From contig DASTZB010000250.1 in the NCBI GenBank assembly GCA_035764525.1, positions 1 to 59,824 on the forward strand: a stretch of 59,824 bases of DNA, in the 5' to 3' direction. Position numbers and translations under genes: made by a program. This document shows, in pieces, positions 20,501 to 28,406 of this stretch. Position 1 is the stretch's first letter, and each line of letters opens with the position of its first letter. A model generated the notes under the pieces. That model made no database searches. It was given only the letters and a program-made list of their open reading frames with translations, and was not told the DNA's origin. This DNA comes from Chitinophagaceae bacterium. GTDB taxonomy: Bacteria > Bacteroidota > Bacteroidia > Chitinophagales > Chitinophagaceae.

Positions 20501-23500
20501 TCCTCCGAAATTGTTGAACGAAGCTGATAGCAAAACTCTTTCAGGTGCACGCATACCATTCTTTACAACATCTGGCAGATTCACCAGTTCAGTTTCATTA
20601 AAAAGAATATCATCCCAGGAAATTTTATCTTGCCCCTTAAGATCATAGACAAACTTTACATTTTGCTTTTTCCATTCTTGTAAAAATGTAAGATAAGCTG
20701 GGTGCTTGTGATACTTTATTAAAAAGTTCATAGGATTAGAAGGCTCTTCGCTATTAGCCATCCACCATCTTGGTTCACTTGTTGCCGGATCAAAGACCCA
20801 AATGACACACCGGGTAAGAACAAGATCGAGTTTTGTTAATTCTGTAAATACATTACCGATGAGCACATTTAATTCTTCAGAAGTTTGCATTGCCATTGCA
20901 CGAGCCCTTACTCTTTCCAATCCAGCTTCAATCTGTGCTTCTCTTGTCTGCGCTTCGGCTTTTTGCAAATCAAGGAAACGGATATAAGATTGCTCAAAGA
21001 CCTTTGTAAACCGCTTCAATATTTCCTGCTGATCTTTTGAAAGTAAATTTTCTGTGCTTGTTGGAACAACGAGAGCAGAGTTTTTAGCAAAAGCCGCCGA
21101 AATTCCAAAATTTGCGCTTCCCAGGATTGCACTCTTTATAACATCCGGGATATTTTTATAATCAGAATGTTCAAAAAGAAAGTTGAAGTAGTCATTCTTC
21201 TCTTCCAAAGAATAAAGCTTTGAAAAAAATTCGGCACCATTTTCCCTGGCATCAAAAATATCTGATGATATGGAGTGGTTCGAATATGGAATTTTAAAAG
21301 GTATAGGATAGGATTGGTACCAATCTGCTATCCATTGAATATGATCTTTTGTCCCTTCACTAAATATCATAATAATGGCAGCTCCCTTATCCACTGAAAA
21401 ATTCAATTCTTTTAATTTGTCAAACACAATTGCAACAACTTCCCCGAGCTCATCACTGCGATGCATTGCAAGTGAACGTGACCGTACTTTTTCCAATGCT
21501 GCTTCTATTCTGGCTTCCATTGCCTGTGCTTCGGCTTTTTGAAGATCGAGAAAACGGGTATATGCCTGGCCAAATGCGTTTCCAAATTTTCTTAAGATCG
21601 CATGCTGTTCATCAGTAAAATTTGTTATATCGAATTTTCCAATAGAAAGCCATGTATCCTTTAATGCTAAATTGGAAGTAGTATAACCAGGTTTTGCATA
21701 TTGAATAGTTCTATACTCCCCCGGTACATCCTTAAAAACTGTTTTGGTAAAAAGATGATCAAGCCAGCGGTCTTTATCATCTTTGCCGAAAGCTAATATG
21801 AAAAAATCATGGCCGGTTCGGCGATATTCATTAAGCTCTTCAACTGCTTTATTAAATAATAGGTGGTCAAAGTATGGAATAAAAACCCTGGCAGATATGG
21901 GATCGCCACCAGGAATAATAGCAAAATTCCAAATGTCAATACCTTCAGAAATATCCAATCCATTTGCGCCAAAATTGGCCCATTCAATATCAAACCCAAG
22001 ATGTATAAATTGTTCACCTATTACATTGATCACCTCTAAAAATTCCGATGGCTTTTGCATTGCCATCGTTTTTGCCCGAACTCTTTCTAATGCCAGCTCT
22101 ATTTCTGCTTCTCTTGTCTGCGCTTCGGCTTTTTGGAGATCGAGAAAACGGATATAGGCTTGTTCGAAAACATTTGCGAAGCGTTTAAATACAGCATTTT
22201 CTTCTAAGGTATAAGAAAAGCCTTCATAGTTGGAAATGACCAACCAGAGATCCTTCATTAAGAATAATGACCGTGCAAAACCTTTGCTATTTAATACAAA
22301 TTGTTTTCTTGATTCCGGTGCATTTTTTGCGATCGTGTTTTTAAAGAAGTGACGGAAAAATTTATTTGATTCTTTCTTATCATATACATCAGTAAAAAAA
22401 TCAAGTTTTTTAGCTATTATGTCTTTTAATTGATTAAAAATTTTGTGATCTAAATAGGGAACATAGATCCTGTCGGGGTATGATTGCTCGGGAGTAGAAA
22501 GCCAAAGATCCCAACTGCCATCTGAATATACTTTGGCAAAATTTGCAGTATTAAATTTGAATCCAAGCAACATAAGCTGCTCGGTGACAACTTTGATCAC
22601 TTGCTGCAGATCGTTACTATGATGCATGGCCATTGACCTGGATCTCACTCTTTCCAATGCTGCTTCGATCTGTGCTTCTCTTGCTTGTGCTTCTGCCTTT
22701 TTCAGATCATTGAATCGTGTATAGCTGAGATCAAATACTTTTCCAAAACGATGAAGGATATCAAACTTTTCGTCTGTTAGTGCTTCTGTTTCTACAATTT
22801 CCAATGCGCCGAAATTGTTGAACGATGCTGAAAAGGCTACTTGCTTTGGGTTAATTAACGCTTTGCGCAGAGCATCTGGAAGGTCAGGCAATTCTTTAAA
22901 GAAAGCTTTTTCAAATGTCTTTTTTGCCTGTCCTTTTAATGTGTAGGTCCATTTTTGATCTCTCGCCTTCCATGCTTGAGTGATGGATCTGAAAAAAGAA
23001 TTATGGAATGGTTGAATGCGGAAAGGCTTTGCTGGTTTATTCGCTTTTGCACTTGCGATCCATAAGGTATCAGTGGCGTTATGATGATCGTGTATCCAGA
23101 TGATGCTACTGGTCAATGCAAAACCAAGCGCCGTAAGTTCTTTAAATACTGTTGCAACGAGATCCGCCAATTCATCAGAATGTTGCATAGACATAGCCCT
23201 TGCACGAACTCTTTCCAGGGCTGCTTCAATTTCTAACTTACGATTTTTTTCATCTAATTCAATAGTACGTTTCGTCATTGCATCTCGAAGCTGTATATTC
23301 TCAGCCTTTATTTTTTCCGTACTTACTCGTTCTCCTCCTTCTGTTTTTGAATCAGGAAAAGATCCATGTTGGTAGATCACTTTCCATTTATTTTTTTTAT
23401 TATGAAATAGGCTTGATATCCGTGCCGCACCATAAAATGCCCATTGATCATCTATGAGCAAGTAAAAATCTGATTCCTCATTTACCATAAAACCTTTATC

Positions 23501-23746
23501 AGCAGGCATCACGTTGATCTTCCTGTTCCGGAATTCTGCCTTCCCCGTTATCTGTTCGGCAGTAGACTTATAATATTTAACAGCTGATTTTTTATTGTTG
23601 AATACTTCGCCGGCAGCTGAACCAATTATATAACAGTTATTATCCAGAATGGACGCAAAGGTTCGCATATCACCACTGAGATAAGCGTGCCACACATCAT
23701 TGTATGCTTTCAAAACGTCTGCTTCCAATTTTTTGGTCAGTGTCAT
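14540..23746 (-). CDS. Giant soluble multi-module sensor histidine kinase (NTF2/SnoaL-like cap, 14 tandem GAF-like modules, DHp/HATPase)
   Basis: One uninterrupted ORF; the track lists 14540..23797 (3085 aa). I prefer the ATG at 23746 (MTLTKKLEADVLKAY...). It aligns with the start of the upstream paralogue (MKLTKKLEAEVLKVY...) and sits 1 nt after that gene's stop (TAGAATG). No TM segment is visible. ERVR-type connector motifs occur 14 times. The C-terminus carries the shared kinase cassette. Confidence 0.9.
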   Translation of the reverse strand: MTLTKKLEADVLKAYNDVWHAYLSGDMRTFASILDNNCYIIGSAAGEVFNNKKSAVKYYKSTAEQITGKAEFRNRKINVMPADKGFMVNEESDFYLLIDDQWAFYGAARISSLFHNKKNKWKVIYQHGSFPDSKTEGGERVSTEKIKAENIQLRDAMTKRTIELDEKNRKLEIEAALERVRARAMSMQHSDELADLVATVFKELTALGFALTSSIIWIHDHHNATDTLWIASAKANKPAKPFRIQPFHNSFFRSITQAWKARDQKWTYTLKGQAKKTFEKAFFKELPDLPDALRKALINPKQVAFSASFNNFGALEIVETEALTDEKFDILHRFGKVFDLSYTRFNDLKKAEAQAREAQIEAALERVRSRSMAMHHSNDLQQVIKVVTEQLMLLGFKFNTANFAKVYSDGSWDLWLSTPEQSYPDRIYVPYLDHKIFNQLKDIIAKKLDFFTDVYDKKESNKFFRHFFKNTIAKNAPESRKQFVLNSKGFARSLFLMKDLWLVISNYEGFSYTLEENAVFKRFANVFEQAYIRFLDLQKAEAQTREAEIELALERVRAKTMAMQKPSEFLEVINVIGEQFIHLGFDIEWANFGANGLDISEGIDIWNFAIIPGGDPISARVFIPYFDHLLFNKAVEELNEYRRTGHDFFILAFGKDDKDRWLDHLFTKTVFKDVPGEYRTIQYAKPGYTTSNLALKDTWLSIGKFDITNFTDEQHAILRKFGNAFGQAYTRFLDLQKAEAQAMEARIEAALEKVRSRSLAMHRSDELGEVVAIVFDKLKELNFSVDKGAAIIMIFSEGTKDHIQWIADWYQSYPIPFKIPYSNHSISSDIFDARENGAEFFSKLYSLEEKNDYFNFLFEHSDYKNIPDVIKSAILGSANFGISAAFAKNSALVVPTSTENLLSKDQQEILKRFTKVFEQSYIRFLDLQKAEAQTREAQIEAGLERVRARAMAMQTSEELNVLIGNVFTELTKLDLVLTRCVIWVFDPATSEPRWWMANSEEPSNPMNFLIKYHKHPAYLTFLQEWKKQNVKFVYDLKGQDKISWDDILFNETELVNLPDVVKNGMRAPERVLLSASFNNFGGINVASLEPLSDEHFDILLRFAKVFDLTYTRFNDLKQAEAQAKESRIQLALERVRARTMAMQHSAELQETTLVLFQQFKALGATTAQVSLCIFDEATKMGEMFVTLRGEKIDRSFPMEIEKESFVMKKAKKAFLDKQKNFSATIKGKELQEYNKWRNNLIGKKGWDDSDAVQQQAWHVDAVFFSRGMIGISSDTPATDEAIKLLERFSYVFDLTFTRFLDLKKAEEQTKESQIQLALERVRARTMAMQKSDELSETAAVLFKQFQDLGDDLMQMTIGVMNEEERVFDFNVTDWSGSGLQVDRSFKLSIDEPSLISKFYKAWKEQTLSIVVDLTGKELEDWIRYRNEASGITVSSMDTLGRRVITAAAFSKGVIAYSSPIPRPEESRRLLERFAGVFDLTYTRFLDLKQAEAQAKEAQIEAALERVRSRTMAMHQTSELQEVIHTVHKELLNLNLSIDGGSFVVINEDVGPELRCWGAGGTADTSEEVYVPNFNMPFCTDLINGIKRGTGFFTEEFSQKEKNEYFTQLFKHKPWSELNDEQKKETLSSSGGYTRSVAVSKYTSIFIINHHGRKFTEGENDILRRFAKVFEQTYTRFLDLQKAEAQAREAQIELALERVRARTMAMHRSEELAETAQLLFHQLQELGGIPDRISIGIVDETDGVVNFWTTDQLGSHIDKSVKARLNERIVISKSYQAWKDNKRSMVIDLHGDDVKEWIKFAREEMGVAVKDEFIKDRRAQNLAFFSHGWILVTSHEPQSAETIQILERFASVFNLTYRRFLDLQKAEAQAREAQIEAALERVRSSSLAMHKSEELKDVVKVVFENFRSLGLQNIDSVNINIFHEGSRDFDLWLAAAGQDYTTNFHLPYLDHPIANDFFNAVKKRESIHKAIYDHDLKNKYFEYMFEHSDNKYLPEERKKLILNGHAYSVATGIAKHSSIFIHNYNGEAFSDEANGILVRFSKVFDQAYTRFLDLQKAEAQAREAQIETSLERVRSKTMAMHNSKDVGETVATMFAEFVNLDIHTNRCGILIFDNENSAEVWTAKSNSEGKATLIIGKLDLSVHDLLSSAYRAWNDKRSLHQYVLQGDDIVRYYEAINRSEYYPVKFDLKALPVKEFHNDFFFPEGAVFSFTNDPVAEEHSKIFKRFAGVFGQTYRRYLDLQKAEAQAREAQVEAGLERVRAKTMAMHSSEDVGAATATMFTELERLGIENFRGGITNIHPDRTQDVWSVNNLAEGKAVKAVGRFNMDDHPFWQLMYKEWENKKDFVYTFLSGKEKEDYIKILNANQGYLPQAIQQFPDVHFQVYSFSEGGVWTNSLTPHTEEEKQIMKRFASVFSLTFRRYQDLKKAEAQAKEATIEAALEKVRGKAMAMHNSNDLSITASMVFTELRKLGINSIRCGVGLLTKNSRRVLWYSATAKQQDDLLSLIGESELSGHPEFDKQYESWLNNKNYFTVLRGGDLTSYYAALYSKMSHWAVTDIQNKQEEHGYYFAFSLGFLYSWTDKSYSENEINILNRFKGIIDLTFRRYFELQKSEANAREAVKQAALDRVRADIASMRSVSDLDRITPLIWNELKTLSIPFIRCGVFIMDEDQQLLHTFLSTPDGKAIAAFHLPYDTPGNISKVVANWRHKKIYVDHWGEEEFIQFADILMKQGSLASREQYLKTIPQGGFYLHFLPFLQGMLYVGNTEQLNEEQIELIQHVADAFSTAYARYEDFNKLEAAKQQVENTLTDLKQAQTQLVQSEKMASLGELTAGIAHEIQNPLNFVNNFSEVSKELLDEMKTELETGNTEDAKDIADDVIQNLEKINHHGKRADAIVKSMLQHSRSSSGKKEPTDINGLADEYLRLAYHGLRAKDKSFNAKFETEFDNSIGKVNIISQDMGRVLVNLINNAFYAVSEKKKQESNGYEPTVTVYTKKIDEKIEIKVKDNGNGIPQKVLDKIFQPFFTTKPTGQGTGLGLSLSYDIVKAHGGELKVETKEGEGSEFIIQLNI
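15340..23290 (-). repeat. In-frame tandem array of 14 protein modules, about 555-600 nt each, inside the giant kinase gene
   Basis: The reverse-complemented (E/D)(R/K)VR codons lie near 15870, 16425, 16980, 17535, 18110, 18658, 19235, 19788, 20345, 20910, 21485, 22083, 22650 and 23210. These positions were located by eye and are approximate. Each is preceded by a near-identical tract of the type gcctgtgcttcggctttttgcagatcgagaaaacgggtata. Confidence 0.9.
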
Positions 23747-23747
23747 T

Positions 23748-26700
23748 CTAGTTGTTAGCCGGTAAAAAAATGATAAACTCTGATCCTTTCCCTTCATTCG
23801 TTTCTACTTTCAGCTCTCCATTATGTGCTTTTACAATGTCATAACTCAATGACAGGCCCAAACCTGTTCCCTGTCCTGTGGGTTTTGTTGTAAAGAATGG
23901 TTGAAATATTTTATCCAATACTTTCTGCGGAATGCCATTGCCATTATCCGCCACTCTTATTTCTATTTTACCATTTATTCTTTTTGTTGTGACTGTCACT
24001 GTTGGTTCATACCCTTCAGCACTTTGTTTTTTCTTTTCCGACACAGCATAAAACGCATTAGTAATTAAATTAAGAACAGAACGACCGACATCCTGCGGCA
24101 CAATATCTATTTTACCGATCGTTTCATCAAAATCGGTTTTCATCGTTGCATTGAACGATTTGTCTTTTGCTCGTAAACCATGATAAGCTAATCGTAAATA
24201 CTCATCTGCCAAAACATTTATATCTGATGGTTCCTTTACCCCACTGCTGCTTCTTGAATGTTGCAGCATTCCTTTTACGATCGCATCTGCCCGTTTACCA
24301 TGATGATTTATTTTTTCTTCGTTATCAATAACATCTTTTGCAAGTGCTTTTACTTCTTCCATGTTTCCTTTTTCGATTTCTTCATTCATTTCAGCAAGCA
24401 ATTCTTTGTTCACTTCAGAAAAATTATTCACGAAATTTAACGGGTTCTGTATCTCATGTGCAATGCCTGCAGTAAGTTCGCCCAACGAAGCCATTTTTTC
24501 TGATTGCACCAACTGTGCCTGTGTCTGCTTCAGGTCAACCAATGTGTTTTCGATCTGTTCTTTGGCTAATTCCAGTTTATTGAAATCTTCATACCGTGCA
24601 TAAGCAATAGCAAATGCATCGGCAAGGTTTTGCACCAATTGCAATTCATCATCACTCAACGGAGTTTCATTGCCTACATACAAAATGCCTTGCAGGAAAG
24701 GAAGTAAATGCAAATAAAGATTCTTTGGCCGGTTTTCGGTAAGATAAGTATTCGTTGATGAGACGGCGCCCTGTTCTACCAGGTGTTTGGTTTGCTCTAT
24801 AAATGTTGCCTCATCCCAATGCGCTTTATACATTTCTTTCCTGCGCCAATAGGGCAATGCTTCTGTTATAATTGACACCGTGGAAATAGCTGAAGTGAAA
24901 GATGCATTTGCTTTTCCATCAGGAGTAGATAAAAAAGTATGCACCTGTTGCTGCTCTTCATCAATAATAAAAACGCCACAGCGTATAAAAGGCACGCCAA
25001 GAGTTTTTAATTCATTCCATATTAATGGTGTGATCCTTTCAAGGTCACTTGTAGTACGCATAGAAGCTATTTCTGCGCGAACCCTGTCAACCGATGCCTG
25101 CTTAACAGCTTCTCTTGCCTGTGCTTCCGCTTTTTGAAGATCAAGAAATCTCGTATAGGTTTGGTCAAAAACTTTTGCGAAGCGTTTAAATATGTCATGC
25201 ATTTCGGGGAAATGCTCATAGGTAATGAACACAAGGTTGCCGTGAGAAAAATTAACAATATGATCAATTTGAAAAGTAGGAAACTGAATGCCGGCATCTA
25301 ACCTGTCCTGCAACAACTTCCCTAGAACCGGAAGTGAAAGCATATACTTGTAATGGTCTGCTTGCATTTCACCTGTTTTCTCATAAATATAAAGTCCATC
25401 GTTTCTCTTTCTGGATTCATTAAATTGGATAAAAACGGGATGTTCCGTTAGTGGAATTTTGCACGGTGGCAGTATATCACCATCCTCGCTTCCCTGGTAC
25501 CAAATAAATTCTTTATCGTCGATTTCAAAAATACCAAACCCACAGGTCCATTGGGGCACACCTAATGCTTTTACCTGTTGGAAAAGAACAGTGGCCACTT
25601 CCGCCAGTTCTGCGCTTCGCTGCATAGCCATTGTTCTTGAACGAACTTTTTCTAATGCTGCTTCGATCTTTGCTTCTCTTACCTGTGCTTCTGCTTTTTG
25701 CAGATCAAGGAAACGAGTGTAGGTCTGTTCAAAAACATTTGTAAACCGTTTGAAAATAATATGAGCTTCGGGAACCTTCTCATAAGTAATGAACAACAAA
25801 AAGCCTTGAGAAAAATAAACACAATGAAATATTTGAAAAACAGGTAAGGGATGGCCCGCTGCAATAATGGAATCTAAAATTTCTCCAACTACAGGCAGCG
25901 TACGCATATAATTGTAATGTGTTACCAATGCTTCGCCGCCAAGTTCTTCCACATGAAATGCATCTCCCCTTTCATAAGCCTCCCTCATATGTATAAATGA
26001 TGGGTCTTCTGTACAAGGTGCATGAGCAGATGGTTGCATAACACCCTCGCTGCTCATCCAAAACGTAATGCCTTTTTTATCTTCATCCCAAATACAATAA
26101 CCGGCACTCCATGCTGGTATTTCTAGTGCCTGTACCTGCAAGAAAAGATTGTTCGCCGCTTCTGGTAACTCTTCGCTTCGCTGCATGGCCATTGTTCTGC
26201 TTCTGACTTTTTCCAATGCATTTTCTATTCTTGCTTCTCTTGCCTGTGCTTCTGCTTTTTGCAGATCAAGAAATCTTGTATAGGTCTGTTCAAATACCGC
26301 TGCAAACCTTTTAAATACACCATGAAATTCAGGACAAGGTTCCAGTGTAATAAACAACAAATTACCCTGCGAAAAATTAGCGAGGTGATGTATTTGTGTT
26401 TCGGGCAGATCGAAACCCACACTTATTGCATGGTCGAAATATGCTTTAAAAGCCGGGATCGTTTTAAGATATTCATAATGTTGCTGCATTTTTTCGCCAC
26501 GAAGCTCCAAAACAAAAAATTGTTCGCCTCTTTCTCTCGACTCAGCAAAACGGATAAAATTAGCGTCTTCAGTCAGCGGAATATTCTGCACCGCATTGAA
26601 GTCGCTACCATCCTGTGTACTCATCCAGGAGGTAAAAGTTGTTTCATCTTTTTCCCAGATATTATAACCGCAACTATACGCAGGTACTCCTAATGCTTTT

Positions 26701-28406
26701 ACCTGCTGAAATAATAGTGCCGCTGCATCTTTTAATTCATCACTATGCTGCATGGCCATTGTTCTTGCACGAACTCTTTCTAATGCTAATTGAATTTGCG
26801 ATTCCCTTGCCTGCTCTTCTGCCTGTTTCAGATCATTAAAACGGGTATAGGTTTGCTCAAATACAGCTGCAAATCTTTTTAGCAGATCAAATGTTTCATC
26901 GGATATGTCTTCATTACAAGAGAAGGACAACCATCCTTTGGAAAAGAAAATAATATTGACGATCCAACGATCTTCAGGAAAATTTACTTTCGTTTCAAAA
27001 AAACTATTACGGTGTTCATTATAGTTTTTTAATTCCTGTCCTGCAAACTCCAATTTCAGCGATTTACTTTTTGCTTTCCATGCGGCAACTGCTTTAGCCA
27101 TCACATAGGGGTCATTGATCGGAACATTAAGGGTATGTGGCAAATGGTGGCCCTGAACTGTTGTAGATAATTCCACAAATCCTGCATCCTCATTAACGAT
27201 TCCAATAGAATTTTGTACAGCCGTCAAACCTAATTCTTTTACTTGTTGAAAGAGCAGGTATGATGTTTCTGGAAGTTCATTACTTTTTTGCATAGCCATT
27301 GTTCTTGCACGAACCCTTTCAAGAGCCAATTGGATCTGAGATTCTCTTGCCTGTGCTTCAGCTTTTTCAATATCCAAATACCTGCGATAAGCCAGTCCAA
27401 AAACTTTCAGAAACCTTTTGAATAATGTTGTTCCCTCTTCTGTTAACGGATGATAGGTTGAAATGCCCAACGCAACTGGCCCCAGGGAATACCAATAATA
27501 GCTGAGCGATGATGCGGTGTATAAATATTTATCAATAAAAACATTTATCGTTTTTTGAAATGCCACCCATTCTCGTACTTTCTGATTCCCTTTGATATGC
27601 GCAATTGAAACTGATCCTTTTCCTTTCAACATCTTCGCGGCAAATGCCTTGTCAATTTTATGACCGGTATAACTTGAATCGGTGACTATTGCTTTTCGGT
27701 GTTTGACATAATATTGATAATTCATGTATTTGCCACGATCCTTATAAAAGATAGCGGTCATCACATTGCGGATCTCTTTTACCCCCAGGCCTTTTAATTC
27801 TGATGAAATGGTTTTGCATACATCCATCATATCAGCGGCTTTATTCATCGCCATAGCAACGGCTCTCACTCTTTCTAATGCTGATTCAATTTCCAGTTCA
27901 CGATTTTTTTCTTCCAGTTCAATTGTTCTTCTCTTTACTGCATCACGCAATTGAATATTTTCAGCTTTAATTTTTTCTGCAGCAAGTTGTTCACCTTCCT
28001 CAGCTCTCATATCAGGAAAAGAACCATGTTGATGTACCAGTTTCCATCCTGTCTTTGTATGTTTAAGTATCGCTGAAGCACGAATATTGCCATAAAATGT
28101 CCATTTCTTTTCCATTAAAATATAGAGATCACAATGTTCGTTGATCAAAATGTTTTCATTAAGCGCATGTACAGTGATGTGCCTTTTTCGGAATTGAGCT
28201 TTACCTACCAGCTGATCAGCTGTAGCTTTATAAAATTTGAGTGTTTCTTTTTTGCTATTAAAAATCTCACTGACAGCTGTCCCAATTATAATAATTTCAT
28301 CATCCAGAAAAGAAGCAAATGTTTTCATATCTCCACTGAAATAGGCATCCCAATAGGCTTTATATACCTTCAAAACTTCTGCTTCCAGTTTTTTAGTGAG
28401 TTTCAT
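23748..28406 (-). CDS. Giant soluble multi-module sensor histidine kinase (NTF2/SnoaL-like cap, 6 GAF-like modules, DHp/HATPase)
   Basis: 1552 aa ORF. The first approximately 135 aa look like an NTF2/SnoaL/DUF4440-type fold (YWDAYFSGDMKTFASFLDDEIIIIGT...GWKLVHQHGSFP). Six connector motifs follow (ALERVRA.., ALEKVRSRTMAMQRS.., SVDRVRAEIASMRTT). Then comes the shared kinase cassette. No TM segment. Confidence 0.92.
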   Translation of the reverse strand: MKLTKKLEAEVLKVYKAYWDAYFSGDMKTFASFLDDEIIIIGTAVSEIFNSKKETLKFYKATADQLVGKAQFRKRHITVHALNENILINEHCDLYILMEKKWTFYGNIRASAILKHTKTGWKLVHQHGSFPDMRAEEGEQLAAEKIKAENIQLRDAVKRRTIELEEKNRELEIESALERVRAVAMAMNKAADMMDVCKTISSELKGLGVKEIRNVMTAIFYKDRGKYMNYQYYVKHRKAIVTDSSYTGHKIDKAFAAKMLKGKGSVSIAHIKGNQKVREWVAFQKTINVFIDKYLYTASSLSYYWYSLGPVALGISTYHPLTEEGTTLFKRFLKVFGLAYRRYLDIEKAEAQARESQIQLALERVRARTMAMQKSNELPETSYLLFQQVKELGLTAVQNSIGIVNEDAGFVELSTTVQGHHLPHTLNVPINDPYVMAKAVAAWKAKSKSLKLEFAGQELKNYNEHRNSFFETKVNFPEDRWIVNIIFFSKGWLSFSCNEDISDETFDLLKRFAAVFEQTYTRFNDLKQAEEQARESQIQLALERVRARTMAMQHSDELKDAAALLFQQVKALGVPAYSCGYNIWEKDETTFTSWMSTQDGSDFNAVQNIPLTEDANFIRFAESRERGEQFFVLELRGEKMQQHYEYLKTIPAFKAYFDHAISVGFDLPETQIHHLANFSQGNLLFITLEPCPEFHGVFKRFAAVFEQTYTRFLDLQKAEAQAREARIENALEKVRSRTMAMQRSEELPEAANNLFLQVQALEIPAWSAGYCIWDEDKKGITFWMSSEGVMQPSAHAPCTEDPSFIHMREAYERGDAFHVEELGGEALVTHYNYMRTLPVVGEILDSIIAAGHPLPVFQIFHCVYFSQGFLLFITYEKVPEAHIIFKRFTNVFEQTYTRFLDLQKAEAQVREAKIEAALEKVRSRTMAMQRSAELAEVATVLFQQVKALGVPQWTCGFGIFEIDDKEFIWYQGSEDGDILPPCKIPLTEHPVFIQFNESRKRNDGLYIYEKTGEMQADHYKYMLSLPVLGKLLQDRLDAGIQFPTFQIDHIVNFSHGNLVFITYEHFPEMHDIFKRFAKVFDQTYTRFLDLQKAEAQAREAVKQASVDRVRAEIASMRTTSDLERITPLIWNELKTLGVPFIRCGVFIIDEEQQQVHTFLSTPDGKANASFTSAISTVSIITEALPYWRRKEMYKAHWDEATFIEQTKHLVEQGAVSSTNTYLTENRPKNLYLHLLPFLQGILYVGNETPLSDDELQLVQNLADAFAIAYARYEDFNKLELAKEQIENTLVDLKQTQAQLVQSEKMASLGELTAGIAHEIQNPLNFVNNFSEVNKELLAEMNEEIEKGNMEEVKALAKDVIDNEEKINHHGKRADAIVKGMLQHSRSSSGVKEPSDINVLADEYLRLAYHGLRAKDKSFNATMKTDFDETIGKIDIVPQDVGRSVLNLITNAFYAVSEKKKQSAEGYEPTVTVTTKRINGKIEIRVADNGNGIPQKVLDKIFQPFFTTKPTGQGTGLGLSLSYDIVKAHNGELKVETNEGKGSEFIIFLPANN
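24550..27960 (-). repeat. In-frame tandem array of 6 protein modules, about 540-567 nt each
   Basis: Connector (RVR) codons lie near 25085, 25650, 26210, 26777, 27317 and 27870 (approximate). The conserved nucleotide tract is the same as in the 14-module gene. Confidence 0.9.

Noticed and set aside
23747-23797. The 17-codon N-terminal extension of the 3085-aa ORF, which overlaps the upstream gene.
   Set aside because: The downstream ATG at 23746 aligns with the paralogue's N-terminus and abuts the upstream stop codon. The extension has no counterpart in the paralogue.
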